The notes under the pieces were generated by a model. That model did no database searches, was not told where the DNA came from, and was given only the letters and a program-made list of their open reading frames with translations. A stretch of 17,442 nt of DNA from the NCBI GenBank assembly GCA_044345055.1, contig JBIJBT010000061.1:1-17442 (forward strand), written 5' to 3'. The first letter of the stretch is position 1, and every line of letters starts with the position of its first letter. Of the stretch, positions 15,607 through 17,442 are shown piece after piece. The position numbers and the translations under genes were made by a program. The DNA is from Bdellovibrionota bacterium (GTDB taxonomy: Bacteria; Bdellovibrionota_C; UBA2361; OMIW01).

Positions 15607-16140
15607 ATGCGATATGCCCTTTCATTGTTCTTTTGCAGCCTCGTTGCTTTCGTTCTTTCTGGCTGCGGGGTGTCGGTTCAGGAGTACAAAAATGAAAAAC
15701 CTGCGCTTGTCGTTGAGGATTTTTTCTCGGGAGACCTAAAAGCCTTTGGAGTGGTTGCAGAGCGCAGCGGTAAGGTGATCAAGCGGTTCTCGTGCGATAT
15801 GAGGGGAAGCTTTGACGGTCACACACTTGTGCTCGACGAGGACTTTACCTGGTCGGATGGATCGCGACAGAAGCGGGTGTGGCGTTTAACAAAGAAGGCT
15901 AATGGGAAGTTTTCTGGAACAGCTGACGATGTAATCGGCGAAGCGTTCGGGGAAGTTTCAGGCAACACATTCCACCTTGTCTATGATCTCTTGGCTCCGG
16001 TTAACGGATCAACAACAGTCCTGCATGTCGATGATTGGCTCTACCTTGTCACCGATTCAGTCATCATGAATCACTCAGAACTCACAAAGTTCGGGCTACA
16101 TGCGGCGGATGTATTTTTGACGATTCAGAAGAAGGGGTGA
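15607..16140 (+). CDS. DUF3833 family lipoprotein
   Basis: 177 aa. Signal peptide with lipobox LSGC. Y...P.L..EDFF.G.LKAFG...RSGKVIKRF, LDEDF.WSDG..QKRVW, GTADDVIGEA.G and DDWLY...N.S.LTKFG. TATAAT at 15563-15568. Confidence 0.88.
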   Translation: MRYALSLFFCSLVAFVLSGCGVSVQEYKNEKPALVVEDFFSGDLKAFGVVAERSGKVIKRFSCDMRGSFDGHTLVLDEDFTWSDGSRQKRVWRLTKKANGKFSGTADDVIGEAFGEVSGNTFHLVYDLLAPVNGSTTVLHVDDWLYLVTDSVIMNHSELTKFGLHAADVFLTIQKKG

Positions 16141-16188
16141 AAGGCTCATTAAGGCGGAGAAATATGACCTAATCGGCCTGAACCCTAG

Positions 16189-16205
16189 ACATCTATACCG
16201 CTGAG
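16189..16205 (+). repeat. Degenerate ATAGAGGT-family copy downstream of DUF3833
   Basis: ACATCTAT-ACC-GCTGAG has 2 mismatches to ACCTCTAT-ACC-TCTGAG and is inverted relative to the copy at 15470-15486. Confidence 0.55.
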
Positions 16206-16312
16206 CCAAAGAGCTTTGAGCAATTCTCAATTGCAACCCTCCCGATGCTAGACGCATTTTTGTCCGCGGGACTTGCGCTCAACTTTTTAGTAGGTTTGGA
16301 GTGAGTCTTTTC

Positions 16313-16495
16313 TTACAAGCTATCCAGCTCGTAATAGCCACAAATCGAGCCACCGAGGCGCTCGGCATTCCAATCGCTTCGGTGGTGTAACTTCATCCGA
16401 TATTCGACCGGGGTAAGGAGCCTCCAAAGTAGCAACGTCTTAAATTTGAAATCGAACCATAACCAATCTCCCAGTCGCCAAAGAAACCAACTCAC
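16313..16495 (-). CDS. Possible small Trp-rich hypothetical protein (60 aa)
   Basis: GTG start with GAGGAG 10 nt upstream, 22 nt after the capD-like stop on the same strand. No family recognised. Confidence 0.3.
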   Translation of the reverse strand: MSWFLWRLGDWLWFDFKFKTLLLWRLLTPVEYRMKLHHRSDWNAERLGGSICGYYELDSL

Positions 16496-16517
16496 TTAAT
16501 CAGAACTCCTCACTTCT

Positions 16518-17442
16518 CTAATGCACCATCTGCAACCGCTCATCCCAGATTGCAGGAAGATACTGAATTCGTGGGCGGCTTAGTTCGGAGTTTACATCGG
16601 TTACAAATTGGTGAATTGCGACGCCTATTTCTTCATCGGACATGTCATCAATTTTTTCTGATATATATTCAACCCAGTCATAGACATTTTGAGAAGTGTG
16701 ATAGTCGGAGTGGACCGAAAACACTTTGCCAAATTCTGTTGGCTGGCGAGTCTCAGCGGTTGAGTAGAGAACCTCGGAGAGTTTTTCCCCCTCCCTTAGT
16801 CCTGTGAAAACTATCGGCAGATCGCGCCTTCCGTAAAGGGCACGGAGCCGTTTTGCAACCTCGACAATTTTAAGAGGCTTGCCCATGTCGAGAAGGAATA
16901 TCTCTCCATCATGGCCAAGAATCCCCGCAGTAAGAACTAGCTGCACCGCTTCACGAATCGACATGAAGTATCGATCCATATCGGGGTGAGTCACCGTGAG
17001 TGGTTGGCCAGAAAGGATCTGCTGCTTAAAAAGAGGAATTACACTTCCTGAGCTATTGATGACATTCCCGAATCGTACGACTGCGGTGTGAAGATGGGGC
17101 GACCTCTGACCCTTTCCATGATACCGCTCATTTGCCTCTTTAATCATCAGCTCCTTAATTCGTTTCGTCGCTCCCATCACACTCGACGGATCGACCGCTT
17201 TATCGCTTGAAATAAGAATAAATCTCTCAGCGCCCCACCGTTTTGAGCACCGTACAAGATTTCGTGTTCCGATAATATTGTTGATAAACGCCTCGTAACA
17301 GTTTGTTTCAAGGAGAGGTACATGTTTATAGGCGGCAGCATGAAAAACGATATCGGGCTGGTAGAGCGCGAAAGTTTTATCTAGACGCTTTGCATCAACA
17401 ACGGTACCTAACACCATCATCTTCTCAACCTCTGGTGCAACA
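16518..17442 (-). CDS. Polysaccharide biosynthesis nucleotide-sugar 4,6-dehydratase (CapD/PglF/WbpM family), 5'-partial
   Basis: FHAAAYKHVP, ISSDKAVDPSSVMGATKR, VRFGNVINSSGSVIPLF, TVTHPDMDRYFMSIREA and GLREGEKL. The frame is open to the window edge. Confidence 0.92.
   Translation of the reverse strand, partial: VAPEVEKMMVLGTVVDAKRLDKTFALYQPDIVFHAAAYKHVPLLETNCYEAFINNIIGTRNLVRCSKRWGAERFILISSDKAVDPSSVMGATKRIKELMIKEANERYHGKGQRSPHLHTAVVRFGNVINSSGSVIPLFKQQILSGQPLTVTHPDMDRYFMSIREAVQLVLTAGILGHDGEIFLLDMGKPLKIVEVAKRLRALYGRRDLPIVFTGLREGEKLSEVLYSTAETRQPTEFGKVFSVHSDYHTSQNVYDWVEYISEKIDDMSDEEIGVAIHQFVTDVNSELSRPRIQYLPAIWDERLQMVH

Overview
A 17.4-kb bacterial chromosomal window. Housekeeping genes: a stand-alone glutamate formimidoyltransferase, tRNA-Met(CAT), a MoxR/CoxD-like AAA+ ATPase, a bioF-bioD-ketoacyl synthase operon, a FadJ/FadB-like protein whose dehydrogenase motifs look degenerate, hisC-hisN, a DUF3833 lipoprotein and the 3' part of a CapD/PglF-like sugar dehydratase. 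Two accessory patches (about 1350-3850, just after the tRNA, and about 13500-16210) share one intergenic repeat family with consensus ACCTCTAY-NNN-TCTGAG. Its copies form long palindromes or direct repeats. They bracket an AAA_14/DUF4143 ATPase gene, two start-less gene fragments, a Y1 HUH (RAYT/TnpA-REP-like) transposase and the DUF3833 gene. The best candidate for a new system is therefore an HUH-transposase-associated, repeat-delimited cassette or gene-capture system. The second is a FabF-type ketosynthase coupled to bioD, which may be a pimelate-precursor enzyme for biotin synthesis. All family calls come from motif recognition by eye; no searches were run.
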